DNA from: Octopus sinensis
Taxonomy: Eukaryota
Assembly: GCF_006345805.1 (NCBI RefSeq)
Contig: NC_043005.1
Coordinates: forward strand, 68,758,001-68,822,000
Direction: 5' to 3'
Length of the DNA: 64,000 nt
Shown: positions 1-13,072 of the stretch, piece after piece
Numbering within the stretch: the stretch's first letter is position 1
How the letters are laid out: the number at the start of each line of letters is the position of its first letter
Made by a program: the position numbers and the translations under genes
Notes under the pieces: generated by a model
Told to the model about the DNA's origin: nothing
Seen by the model: the letters and a program-made list of their open reading frames with translations, nothing else
Databases searched by the model: none

Positions 1-977
1 ATGGTTCAGCAGCATCAGGCGGTGCAGATGTATCTCATCGGGTGATAAACAGAAGAAACTCGTTAAAATAACAGTTCCGCAATGTAACTTCACATTTTGT
101 AGAAAGAAAATCTGCCAGGTGGAGGAAATATCTTGATTTACACAAAAGATCAGAATTAAAATCGCAGATATATATATATGTACGACGAAAGATAAATGTT
201 CCCTCTTTTTATGGAGACAAGAGTTTTTATGGAGACAAGACTGCAAAGAAAAGTGCTCAAATGTAATTGAGATGCAAATTAAAAAAACATTGATCAGAGA
301 ACAAATATCAAACTCTAGTCAACGACTTTATACATAACGCTGTGCCTCCAAACATTTGATCATATGTAAATATTACCATAGTCTTTCAACATATAAAGAA
401 TACATATATAAAAACCACAGGAGGTAAAATCTACAATATGCAAATAGAAATATAGATGCTTAGAAGGGCCTATCAAAAGTGTATATACAATCGACTAAAA
501 TTCCTAAAGCGTGTCATGCGACTAAAAATCTAAATGAAATAATATATCAATTGACTAAAAAGATTTTTCTTACTCCCCTCAAACAAAAACATATATGTCA
601 AAAGAGTTCATTTCTTAAAAAAACATAGTAGGTTGGAGTCCAGGAGCGTAAAAGAGTTCCACAAAATCCAGTCAAACACTATTTGGAGGCAATGGTGTTA
701 TGTATAAAGTCGTTGAATCGAATGTGATGTTTTTTCTCTAATCTATTTTTTTAATACACATGTGTGTATGTGTATGTGTATTTATGTATATGTATATGTA
801 TGAATATATTTATATATGCAAGAATGTGCGTGTGTATGTTTGTATGTAAATATGAAAAAATTCTTTTGTTTTTATGTACATTCTCGAAAAAACTTTCTCA
901 CATTCCCGAGTGTCAAACTAATACATTAGCTTGTTATTTATACACCTGTCTAGGTCCTTTGTTTTTCTATAAATTTC

Positions 978-1027
<50 letters not shown>

Positions 1028-2106
1028 CCTCCTTCATTCATCTATCTTATTATCATCAACTTTGTCACTATTTCGAACCATTGTATCATCCATCATCTAT
1101 CATCCCAGTAGCACAACATTTATATTCACAAACTAAATATATCCCCTAACTGTTGAAGACATGTTTGACAATATTTACCTCTTTTACACCATCTGTTAAC
1201 TGCCTTAGTAAATACTGCTACACAAATTTAACTTTTGTTTGCCAAGAGAGTCTGTTTGACAGTTTCCGTGAATAATGGTATATTTCCGTTTACTATACAA
1301 TTTAATAAATGTTACTCCAAAGAAACGTCCTGCACCCTACTTAACATTTTGCTCTGTTTCATTCAGTCTATTTTCAAATACTTCTGTAAGTGCCCTACGT
1401 AACTGTTCATATATCAAGCTGCTTTCTACAGCAGGTGTGAAATACCATATTGTGAGATCATTAAGGACATGTAGCTTTTCCATTATGGACCTCATGTTTA
1501 TAGTTATCTATGCCAATTGGTTTTTCCTTTTACTGCGGTTACTGGTTGATCTTAAATAATAATCTTGGCTTTATAGTCAAACAGATTTAGTCCAAACTAT
1601 TTTGCGGCATTCCCATTGTGTTGAACTATTTACTGAGATTACTTGATGATAATCGCTATCAGCATTAATAATTTCAGAATGACATCAACATTTGCAGGAA
1701 CTCTTTTGAAAATATTATTACAAATATCAGTGTCTCTTGATTCCTAGCTACAAGGCCGTTTAAATTAATATCTAGTGCTTAAAGGAAACAGCAGAATATT
1801 CCCGAATTATGGCATATACCGTATATTCAAATATTCAAATATACTGACAAATATTTCAGTATACTTACAATAGAATTTTATAAATTTCTCTCATGCTGCA
1901 TACCACTAGGTTCACGCCCCCCATCATTCCTGCTGTTGCTCTTATAAATATATGAAAATGTTTGACCATGCGAAACAATGAATAAATTTGTCAATACATA
2001 CACTTAGCAACATATAGCAATCAGTCGATCAATCATTCAATATATTTAGGTCTTTGTGTTTCTCGGTCATTGTCTATATGTATCTCTCTTTTTTTCTCTG
2101 CCTCTC

Positions 2107-2149
<43 letters not shown>

Positions 2150-2183
2150 AGATATGTGCGTATATATATATGCATATGTATAT

Positions 2184-2265
2184 ATGTGTGTGTGTGTGTG
2201 TGTATATCCACATGTATATATATATATACATATATATATACATATACATATATCTATACACATAC

Positions 2266-2309
<44 letters not shown>

Positions 2310-2620
2310 ATGTATTCGTAATTATGTATATAGAGATAAGGGCAGCAGCATCACACTCCCTTGTTCACCATACTTCACGTATCAGAGGAAATTTTGATTA
2401 GAGAATGGCCGCACCTCCCGAACTAAAAATAGTAAAATAAATAAAATTATAATGAAATACAAACATACGAACAGTGACACAGACGCTAACGCACAGATGA
2501 ACACATGTGTGTATGTGTGTGTGTGTGTGTGGTGTGTGTGTGTATATCCACATGTATATATATATATACATATATATATACATATACATATATCTATACA
2601 CATACATATATATATCTACA

Positions 2621-2653
<33 letters not shown>

Positions 2654-2857
2654 ATGTATTCGTAATTATGTATATAGAGATAAGGGCAGCAGCATCACAC
2701 TCCCTTGTTCACCATACTTCACGTATCAGAGGAAATTTTGATTAGAGAATGGCCGCACCTCCCGAACTAAAAATAGTAAAATAAATAAAATTATAATGAA
2801 ATACAAACATACGAACAGTGACACAGACGCTAACGCACAGATGAACACATGTGTGTA

Positions 2858-2870
<13 letters not shown>
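2184..2870. repeat. Tandem duplication, two ~340-344 bp copies
   Basis: The non-microsatellite core (gtattcgtaattatg...ggcagcagcatcacactccc...gatgaacacatg) occurs at ~2312-2510 and again 344 bp later, apparently identical. Junctions lie in (TG)n. Confidence 0.95.
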
Positions 2871-2889
<19 letters not shown>

Positions 2890-3577
2890 TGTGCGTGTGT
2901 GTGTACATGTGCGCGCACATGTGTGTTCATATATGTGTATGAGAGTAGGTTTAATGGTACGATTAGATATCCATCAACTACCATGTAATTTTACAGCTAA
3001 CCAATAATGTTAGGCATGAATCCAAACTGATTAAGCGTTTTATATATAACATGTCACTGCTGATGGAACACAATTTGGTGACAGGACATTGTTCATAGAG
3101 TATAATAATATGTGGGTGCTATTAATAAATGTGTCTTATAATTTCTGCAAATAAATTAAAATTCAAAACACTTTCAGGAGAAATATCATTAATTGTGCCT
3201 TGAAACACTTCAAGATGATTTTATTGGAGAAATATTAATAACTGAATCATTCTTCTCAAATATTCGTCAACGACTTAAGCATTTCACAAAGTTATCGCAG
3301 TCACCGCTGTTTTAAATATATTTTTTCTGTAATGTTTTACAAGAAAAATGATAGCTGTTCAGCATGAAAGTATAATAAAACATAAAGACACTTGGATTCC
3401 AGTGACAAACAAATGTATATGTTAAGAGAGAATCTACACATGCGTCTTTGTTGCATAATATTCTTTTTAAATAATTTTCTGAAATATTTGATATTACGAA
3501 AGATAATTGAACATCAATATATGTGTGTCTGCACGTGCGTGCGTATATATATGTATATATATATATATATATATAAA

Positions 3578-4915
3578 TGTTGTGGGGACAATAGTAATAA
3601 CGATACTCCCTTCTCACGTGACGAGTGGTATGTGGTAGTTCCTGCAATTAAAGTGAAGTCGCTCAGTGTAAACAGAGACAACGAAGTAGACGGCCATAGA
3701 TACTCCTGGTCTTACTTGTCTTACTACCTATACTGCTATACCAGTGTGTGCTGTATCAACCGGATATTAAGGATTACAACAACGAGGACGAAGAATTAAC
3801 AAACTCACAATGAATTTGTTTTTGTGCGAATTTTACGTGAAAGCCAAAAGTAGTAAAATTATACAAAATTTGTTGGCCGGTTTGCTCGAGTTGCAAAAAC
3901 AGCAACAACAGCAAACGAAAGACCAACTACGGTAGCAGCTACAATTTCAAGGACAACAGCAACTACAAATGCAAAAACAATAACTGAAACAAAACCACCA
4001 CCACCAACAACAATAGCTGAAAGAAAAAACAACAGCGGCAGCTACAACTGCAAGAAAAATAACAGAAGCAACAACAACAATAATTACCATTACAGCAACA
4101 AATACTGCAATGAATAAAGAGTAATTCGCCAGGAAATGCTGAAGAAATGTTCTCGCCATATTATGTTGTGAACAAGATAACAGAATTGAAGTATAACCAG
4201 ACGAAGGGGTTACCTTTGAGGCTGACTATAAAAGATACGAACAAATCTACAATAAAGAGTGCAAAGACTAGGACGACAATATGAAAACGCGTTTAATCTC
4301 ATGAAAACTGGCAGCAGAAGAACAGGAGCGATTCAGAAGTTACATACTCCTGAAAAACCTTCTGAAATAAACTTTAAAGATACAATAGATATGATGTGCA
4401 AACTTTTTAGGGAGAAAAGCTCGTTCTTCAATACACGCTGGAAATTTTTGAACATAGAAAATAACAGGGAAAATAAACCATACGGTGGGAGAGTTAACAG
4501 GTCATGTGAAAAGTTCAAGCTGGACGAATTAACGCCAGGCATGTTCAAGTGCCTGATAGTTATTCAGGCCTGATAGTTATTCAGGCACTAACTCCAGAGA
4601 AAGGCGTAGAAGTGAGAACGAGAATTCTCGCTGAGTTGGAACAAAACCTTACAACAAATATCAGAAGAACGTGAAAGAATAGTAAATGTATAACACGACA
4701 TAGAGAAAATTGAACATAATGATTGATCCCAAGTGAAACAAGTGCGAAATAGGCAGAAGAGAAATCAAGTGTGTACCAAAATACAGGACAAGAATCAGGG
4801 AAAAAAACATGTTTTGCATGTGGAGGTCTACACCTGAGGAAAAACTGTTCAAGAAATCGGAGTACTTCTGTTGTGGAAAAATTAGACACGTAAAAGTGCA
4901 CTGTAAAAAGTTTCC
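3578..4915 (+). mobile_element. Degenerate Gypsy-type LTR retrotransposon (probable LTR plus gag, K02A2.6-like)
   Basis: Spliced frames give EGVTFEADYKRYEQIY, KPSEINFKDTIDMMCKLFREKSSFFNTRWK, VNRSCEKFKLDELTPGMFKCLIVIQA, EVRTRILAELEQ and a zinc knuckle CFACGGLHLRKNC. There are stops and frameshifts. A TG-starting unique segment at 3578-3770 may be the LTR. Confidence 0.8.
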
Positions 4916-5149
4916 TCCTCAATTAGTTTCAATTAGATTTAGTAGCAGTAGTAAACTCTGAACATTCCACAATGAGATTCTTTTCCTCGACTGTTTGCTT
5001 GGGTGAAATTCAATAGCATTAGCAGCAGTGATTGTTGAGATTTCACCAAAAAAACAGTCCATAAATATATTTAACGGAAGATTTATACCCGCGGAGAGTG
5101 TCGGTGAAAGAATGAAATTTGATACTTTTTTGTACGCACATCTTAATCC

Positions 5150-5400
5150 AAGCCTTCCTGGTCAAAAACCAGACCACTTGTACGTCCGGCACCAACATAT
5201 CCGACTTGGCACCGTTTCACTTCTGGCTCTTCTGAAAGAAAAGCTATTTAGATCGCCAAAGGAAATAATAATAAGAAAAGCGACGACGGAGCTACAGAGC
5301 TTTCTGGAGAATGCGTTCGAGAAAACGTACCAGTGGTAGCATAAATGCTGAGTCAGATGTGTGAACTCCCAATAGCTGTATTTTTAAATTAATTAAATAT
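5150..5400 (+). mobile_element. Mariner transposase C-terminal remnant
   Basis: SDLAPFHFWLF* resembles the YSPDLAPxDF motif. It is followed, in another frame, by KEKL...TTELQSFLENAFEKTYQW. Confidence 0.6.
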
Positions 5401-5879
5401 TTGTGAAATGCTACGTTTTGAACACATCTCGCATGTGTATTTATGTATGTATGCGTATTTATGTATGTATCTATGTGTATTTATGTATGTATGTATGTAT
5501 GTATGTGTGTGTGTGTGTGTGCATACATATATACTCACATACATATGTGTATATATCTACATGTCACAGAAAAAAATTATTCCTTCTCCCATTCTCACTC
5601 TAAGAGAGTTACACTTTAGGCATTTAATACTCGACCTCAAATTTCACAGACTAATGGACACGTTCGCCTACAATTCGACTATTTCCAGCAGAGGAATGAG
5701 AAAGTGTCAGACGAGGGGAAGAAGAAAAGCAAAGATGGGACATGAGGAGAAAGATGGAAGAACATCTATGTTTTATTGCAAACAATCGCCGTATGATCGT
5801 TCATCTTGATGGAAATAGAAACCAAAAACCACACAGATCACTCTATATAGAATGACAAAAGATTTTGTGATGACTCATT

Positions 5880-5968
5880 TATAGCAATGGACAATGTAAT
5901 ATACGTTCACGCATACATACACACACATATTCACACGCCTATATAGATGTTTATATGTATGTATATAC

Positions 5969-6000
<32 letters not shown>

Positions 6001-6132
6001 GTGTGTGTATATGTTGAGTGCGTGCTTGTGTGTGTATACATATATGTATATATATATACATACTTATATATATGTTTATATATGTGTGTTTGTATATATA
6101 TACATATATACAAACGCACACATACACATACA

Positions 6133-6220
<88 letters not shown>

Positions 6221-6255
6221 CATACATATACGCATATATACAAATATACATATGT
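5880..6255. repeat. Compound (TA)n/(TG)n/(CA)n microsatellite
   Basis: Directly visible. Confidence 0.95.
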
Positions 6256-6774
6256 AACTTGTGCTCAGACGAAATGTTCTTTATGAAGTTATGCGGCAGT
6301 AGAATAACTTTGTGCATATATGCTAAGCAGCGTATTTATTGACTTCTTATTTGAATTTATGTAATTTTAAACCATGAAAGTTATACGATATTAATATGGT
6401 AATATGAAAACATGAAAGCAAAAGTAAATATTCAATGAAGCATATATAACTGTTACATGCAAATAATACGCGGCAGTGTATTTCTCTGGCATTATACAAC
6501 GATTTTACACACTGATTCCACACGGCACATATAATATATATCACGAGATAAGAATTGTCGCTCTAAATAAGGAGAAATAAAGAACGATTGAATATTAGAA
6601 ATGCGAATAATGCCATCCAACCTGATTTTGACTACTAAAAATATAAATGGAGTTAATACATTCAATATTCAGGACAAATACACACGCATAGGTACATATA
6701 AATATAAGTAAAATGCTATAAAGGAAATTTCCGTTCTGAATAAAATGACAATAAATCTCATTATCATTGTTATA

Positions 6775-6786
6775 TCATCATCATCA

Positions 6787-6859
<73 letters not shown>

Positions 6860-6945
6860 TTTATTATTATTATTATTATTATTATTTTTATTTTATTATT
6901 ATTATTATTATTATTATTTTATTATTATTATCATTATTATTATTA

Positions 6946-6980
<35 letters not shown>

Positions 6981-7030
6981 ATTATTATTATTATCATCAT
7001 CATCATTAATGCTACTATTGCTAATATAAG
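6775..7030. repeat. (TCA)n/(TTA)n trinucleotide microsatellite
   Basis: Directly visible. Confidence 0.97.
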
Positions 7031-7424
7031 TATTATCATAACTATACTGATAGAGAAATACTTATTTAAATATTGACATTTATATATTGACGATGATGAT
7101 GATCTAGGTGGTGGTCGGGTAATAAAAAATTCTATAGAACATAAGAAGCGAATAACAGCGAATAGTCATTAGATTTATCTGGCGCCATCTTGATTGAAAA
7201 AAATCCGAATAGCGTGAAAAAATATTTGTACCATTAGTAAAAAGGTCAGCAATTAGAATTGTATACATAAAAGGCCTATGTAGAAAACAGGAGAAAAAAA
7301 AAGCAGAGTTAACAAAATGGTTTGCTTTACAAGAAATATAATTTGAATCAATAGCAGTCATAATAATGAGATCAAGAATATTTATAAAAAGTATATTTAG
7401 GTTTCATCCAGAAAAATCTAATAA

Positions 7425-7915
7425 AAACAACCAACAACAACAACGACAAAAACAACAGTAATAATAATAATAATAAAAATAGCAATACGGCTACTGCTGT
7501 TACAGAAAATACTACTACTACTACTACTGCCGCTGCTGCTACTGCTGCTACGGCTGCTACTACTACTACTACTACTACTACTACTGCTACTACTACTACC
7601 GCTACTGCTGCTGCTGCTGCTACTACTACTACTACTGCCGCTACTGCTGCTGCTACTACTACTACTACTACTACTGCCGCTACTGCTGCTACTGCTGCTA
7701 CTACTACTACTACTACTACTGCCGCTGCTGCTGATATTGCTATTACTACTGCTATTACTATTGCTACTGCTACTACTACTACTACTACCACTACTTCTAA
7801 TAATAATAATCAAAATAAGTATATGATTTCTACTGATGATGAAGATGATGATGAAAATGATGATAACGATGACGATAATGATGCTGATGATAATGATGAT
7901 GATGATTATGGTCAT
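7425..7915. repeat. Compound (CAA)/(TAA)/(CTA,CTG)/(GAT) trinucleotide repeat tract
   Basis: Directly visible. It generates the poly-S and poly-V/A ORFs in the track. Confidence 0.95.
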
Positions 7916-8264
7916 GGATGTGATGAGTATTTTTAAACATAATTCCACATATTTTTGCACTGAGAGATGCATTCCTATATTTGCATGGTAAAAATAATTT
8001 ATTCAGAGCTTTAAAACTACTCCGCTACTATAATAATTTCGAGTAGTTCTTTAAATATTCTGCCGCAGAATGAGCTTTAGAGAAGGAAAAAAATATATAT
8101 CCATGAGTGATAATAGTAACGACGATAATAATGATGATAGTAAGAATAAAAACGTTGATGTTGAGGAAGATGACGATGAGGAGGAGGACGACAACGACAA
8201 CAATAACAGCAATAGCAATAACAATAGTAGTAGTAGTCGTAGTCGTAGTACTAGTAGTAGTGAC

Positions 8265-8411
8265 CGGTGCTGGTATTTTTCCATCCCCGTAACCTAGTGG
8301 TTCGGCAAAAGCCTGATAGAATAAGTACTAGGCTTACTTATGTTCTAGGGTCGATTTCCTCGACTAAACGCGGTGATCCAGCATGGTTGAAACAAGTAAA
8401 AGAGTAAAAGA
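8265..8411 (+). mobile_element. SINE family A, 3' fragment
   Basis: Matches the 3' half of the full copies (ggttcggcaaaa...gatagaataagtact...gaaacaagtaaaagagtaaaaga). Confidence 0.8.
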
Positions 8412-8473
8412 TAGTGTAGTAGTATTTCAAATACACCACCGAAAATCTGACATAGAAAGGTTATATATATATA

Positions 8474-9130
8474 TATATACAACGCATTGAAGATGGTAGA
8501 GGCTTTATGCAAGTAAGTGTCTACTATAGAATAACCACTACAAGATTACAGAAATATCTAACTGGTACAAATACTCGCAAAACACGAGCAAAACAATAAC
8601 TGCTTTCTGTCTTCAAAGAAGCCGAAAAATTGAAGTAAAAAGTCAAAGTACCTGATAACTGTCAAGATAAATAGGAATCAACAAAATCTTTGCAGCTTTT
8701 GTTGAACTCCAAATTAAAACTGAAACAAATAATACCATGATAATATGATAGCAAGAAAAATCTAAACAGGGCAAATACTGGGGTAAGTTAAACGAAAATA
8801 AATAGAGAGTGTTGAAACCCAACAATGCTTAACAAGCTCAGGACTCTAAGCAAAGGCTGACGGAGTTTTAACTGCGGATGAAGATAAAAATTTCCCAACC
8901 AGAAACTACCAGAAACACAAGGGGAAAAATACAAGTAACTGCAGAATATGAGGTAATGGGGAATAAACGATAAATCATTGTCTCTGGTCCCCCAGTGCTG
9001 GCTAGGAAGGATCATATCCACAGACATGACAGAGATGGTACCTATAAACACTGGACGCTATGTCAACACTATGATATGACAAGAAAAAACCTGGTAGAGT
9101 TATACCCCAAAGAGGAAACATGAGGGAACA
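8474..9130 (+). mobile_element. Decayed R4/Dong-like non-LTR retrotransposon (post-RT region)
   Basis: YIQRIEDGRGFMQ (LYxxRxxGGRGL motif), SSGL*AKADGVLTADEDKNFPTRNYQKH (GLKxETEGxxxAAQDQxLxTRNY motif) and PVLARKDHIHRHDRDGTYKHWTLCQHY (RHD motif before the restriction-like endonuclease). Confidence 0.8.
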
Positions 9131-9249
9131 AATAGAGAGGGCTTTGGAAAAAAAGGAAATGTTAATATGGGATATTCTGGCGAGTATCTCGTCACATGTA
9201 AGACAATGAGTGTTTGATGATATTTCGAATACAAAATGTTAAGTGGTTG

Positions 9250-9560
9250 GCCTTCATTGATACTGGGCTGGAACTGCGTGAAAAAGACGAGCTGGGGAAA
9301 AGTATTTGACAAATCCCAACGGCACATGATCAACGTCAAGGTATCTCTGATGATAGCGTAACATCAACGCATCTCTGCACATCATTATACATAGCATGCT
9401 AAGTTTTTCACTAACAGATATTGACAGCAAATCTGCAATCTGTCCCGTTAAACGCGACTCTTCTGCAAAAGTGAAAGAGCACATACTGCAATGAGATCAC
9501 TCATGAATGGAGACAAAGTGCTACCCAGTAAAAATAGATGACGGAGGCAAAATGCATGTT
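9250..9560 (-). mobile_element. Highly decayed mariner N-terminal remnant
   Basis: EESRLTGQIADLLSIS resembles the mariner HTH motif DRRxTxRxIAxxLxIS. Confidence 0.45.
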
Positions 9561-10229
9561 TATCACGTCAACATTCAGGGATAAAAAAAAACTCAGCAAA
9601 CTAGATCTCTAGTAACTTAAGCTGACCGCCTGTTCGATGCTCTACAATGCTGTTAGGTTGCATAGATCTGCCAATCCAGACTGCCAATCCTAGTTATAGG
9701 TCCATTGGCATTTCTTGTTAATTTACGCTCTTCTCACAATGTGAAGACGTTCAATATTCTTTGCATATAACATATGCACTCAACGAAAATAATCACGGCA
9801 TACACACGGCATTTTATAAAAGTTTTATCCGATTTTAATGATTTATTTCAAAGTACAAACAAAATATTTAATACTTGAAGTTTAATCCACTATATATATG
9901 TATGTTTTAATTTTCTATCACCTTCCGTCATCTACTCGTAAGATTTTGAATACCAAATTTGAAATGTGTATGGGGTTGTGAGTTTTAAAAGTTACATGTT
10001 TAATTAATTTTATGTTTTCATTGATGGCCGAAAATTTTCCTCTTAACGGTTTTGCATGTATCGACTTAGGTGAACAACTGACGCAGCAAAGCCTTTAGGA
10101 TATGAATGTTATAGCAATTTTCCGTTTGAAGCTTTCCAGAATATTTTTAGTCTTTTGTATAGCGTGTAATCTAGCATTATTCCAATATAAGAGGACATTT
10201 TATATTTGGCCCCACTCACAACCGGTTGT

Positions 10230-10415
10230 CAATTGACAACCCGATGTTTCTTTGTTTACGTTCGTGTATCACAGTTGTTTGGCAAAAGATACCATTGTAA
10301 TGTGTATCAGGCTTTAAAAATATGTACCGGTTACGATTCGTTAGATTAATTGCCCTTCTAGGCAGTATCCTAGCATGACCACAGCCGAATAACTGGACAA
10401 AGAACAGTAATAAAA
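10230..10415 (+). mobile_element. SINE family A-related, old diverged 3' half
   Basis: ttgacaacccgatgttt...tttacgt...ggcaaaagatacc...agcatgaccacagc aligns loosely with the full copies. Confidence 0.55.
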
Positions 10416-11379
10416 TAACCTTAAATGATTCTTATGAGAGGTCATGTTACTGCGGCAACAACTACCGAAATATTCTTTAATATTTCTGTAACAGACTGAT
10501 ATACTTATTGTTAATAACATATAATTACTGCAAATGGGTCTTGGTCGCCTTATAAAGATTTAAGTTTATCTTCGATCATCATACACATCTCATATTGACA
10601 AAATATTATACAAAATTTGTTTCATTGAAAACAACAGATAAAGTAGGATCCATTCTATCATCTTTTCTGTTTTTCTTACAATGTCATTATTCAATACATT
10701 TTAGATATTTTATAAAATTTTTCGTATGTGAAACTGTAATTTATGTAAGTTTCAGAGTTACACCCCGCAGCACTTCATCTCCATTAGCTACAAGAGAAAA
10801 TTAAGCATTGCCAGTACCTCTCTATTTGATTAACAGAACATTTCAGAATTTTAACCAAATAGATAATTTATAAGAAAACAAAAGCGGAAAGTAACTCTCA
10901 GTATTCTAAAATCACCACATGCCAAAGTTAATTTTGACTTTCATCCATCACGATAATATATACCAATAAGCACTGAGTCTCGAAATATTCTATACTCTAA
11001 ATAATATTTGGCATATTCTAATTTAAAGCTGAGAGAATTCCTCATGTCACAACAATTCTGGGAGCACACATCAATTAGAACTAGTTGAAAATAACTGGAG
11101 CAAAGATATTGTTACAAGAGATATCATTAAGAGAAATACTCCTATTTTCCCATCTGATACACACAGTCACAGACACAGTCATATACACAAAAAAGTATTA
11201 TAGGTACGAATAATAAGCTTTATACAATATTTTGTGCATTATAGACTTACAGTTGTTTTAGATATTTATTGTGGGTGGGTTCATTCTGCAATTTAATAAA
11301 TCGATCGATTGATCGATTAGTAATACAATGAACAACCATCTCAGTTCTTTCTTTATCACAGCCTGACAGATCAACCTCC

Positions 11380-11700
11380 AATTAAAGGACGAGATGGCAA
11401 AAGAAGCAAACGGTCATTATGCTCTTTGTACGGAACTAGGGCACCTGTCTTACGCTGACGGCCTTAAGATTATCATGGTTGAATAATATTAACATCCAGC
11501 ATAGAAATTTGATATCTAGAAATTTCTTTAGGATTAGTGGCTGGCTTTTAGCGATTACTAGTATGTTTGGACGCTATGCTTGGGGAGGTGCTTGGACATA
11601 TTGAAATCAAAGGCAGCTAGGGTGTTTCTAATTATTTTAAATGTGAAGTATCAAAATCTAATTAGGTACGGGAGTTCATTATATATACATGACAGAGCTA
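11380..11700 (+). mobile_element. Decayed non-LTR reverse transcriptase fragment
   Basis: ELGHLSYADGLKI resembles the HLLY(A/M)DDLK catalytic motif of R2/R4-class RTs. Confidence 0.4.
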
Positions 11701-12212
11701 GTAATCAGGGATTATGAATCAATCAATGAATAAATTATAACAAGCAAAGTCACACAAACCGTAAGATTATACAGCCCTAAAATATATGGCTAGGTTTCAA
11801 TGGCACGGCTGGAATGGGAGGCTAAGAGATGACACATTAATAGGCACGTATAAAATTGCATGTGAATATATGGTAAACTAAAGTAATTATAAAACCGAAG
11901 GATCACAAAAAAAAGGATAATAAAATGGGAAAATAAAAGGATATAGGAAAGTAATACTATAAAATGGGTATCCTCTTAGCATCAAATCAATAGAGAAAGG
12001 TGAAAGGTCTATGATTCGAGGACCTATGAAAACTGACACGTGCGTCAAACCTAATGCAGTGAACCTGGAAGCTTTGCGGGTTTTATCAAATCTAATTCGT
12101 ATAACGATTAATTATTGAAGGAATGGTATTAAAACCTTAATATTATACTTTGTTTTGCATATACGTATGTATCTCTCTCTCTCTCTCTCTCTTTCTATCT
12201 ATCTATCTATTA

Positions 12213-12248
<36 letters not shown>

Positions 12249-12285
12249 CTCTTTATTTATCTGTCTGTCTGTATACATATGTGTA

Positions 12286-12319
<34 letters not shown>

Positions 12320-12565
12320 AATAAAATAAAATAATAATAATAAATATATATATATATATTTAAAATTTATAAGTTTAAATTATTTAAATAATTTTTTAAA
12401 TTTTAACTTTAATTTAAATAGTTCAATTTGGAATTTTATATTTTTATATTTTATATTTTATATTTTTTTAATTCATTTTATTTCTATGTATTGGCTTATG
12501 ATTTTCACTGTTTGATTTGCCTAACAGTGGTTTTATTTCTAATTTAATATAAGATATATATATAT

Positions 12566-13072
12566 AACGTAAAGTGTACTAGCCATCTGAATGTGGCTAG
12601 CCACTGGGGGTGGGGTGTTACTGATGCTTTTAGCCCCAGGCGATCAACGTCACCAGATGGACTTTAGACACTATCTCAGTGCCCTTGTGTTATATCTCGT
12701 TCAGAGATTTACTATTGCTTTCAGACAGTTTTTCTAAATCAGTGACAGTGGTTGCTGTGAAAAACATTATATATTATTTGCAAGGGGACTCCTTCATCGA
12801 AGACCGGTGCTTACCATGCGTTGACATGAGGCAATTACCTTGAAACTATAGTCCGTATGTAGTACTTAGGTCTTCGAGGGAGGATGACCTCCCTTTGCAA
12901 ATAGCACAAGGGCACTGAGATAGTGTCTAAAGTCCCTCTGGTGACGTTGATCGCCTGGGGCTAAAAGCATCAGTAACACCCCACCCCCAGTGGCTAGCCA
13001 CATTCAGATGGCTAGTGCACTTTGCGTTGTCGAGCGGTTACTGTTTATATCTCGTTCAGAGATTTACTATTG

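Noticed and set aside
206-241. 18-bp tandem duplication (also 14273-14336 and 49395-49434)
   Set aside because: Ordinary slippage duplications. There are no unique spacers, so this is not CRISPR-like.
1150-1940. Coding-like unique sequence with a minus-strand donor near 1868
   Set aside because: Frames are broken and I recognise no motif. I cannot tell an exon from a transposon relic.
5690-5810. RKCQTRG...TSMFYCKQ resembling a piggyBac Cys-rich tail
   Set aside because: Too short, and most cysteines are missing.
7372-7972. Long Ser-rich and Val/Ala-rich ORFs
   Set aside because: They consist entirely of (CTA/CTG)n repeats, with no domain or splice context.
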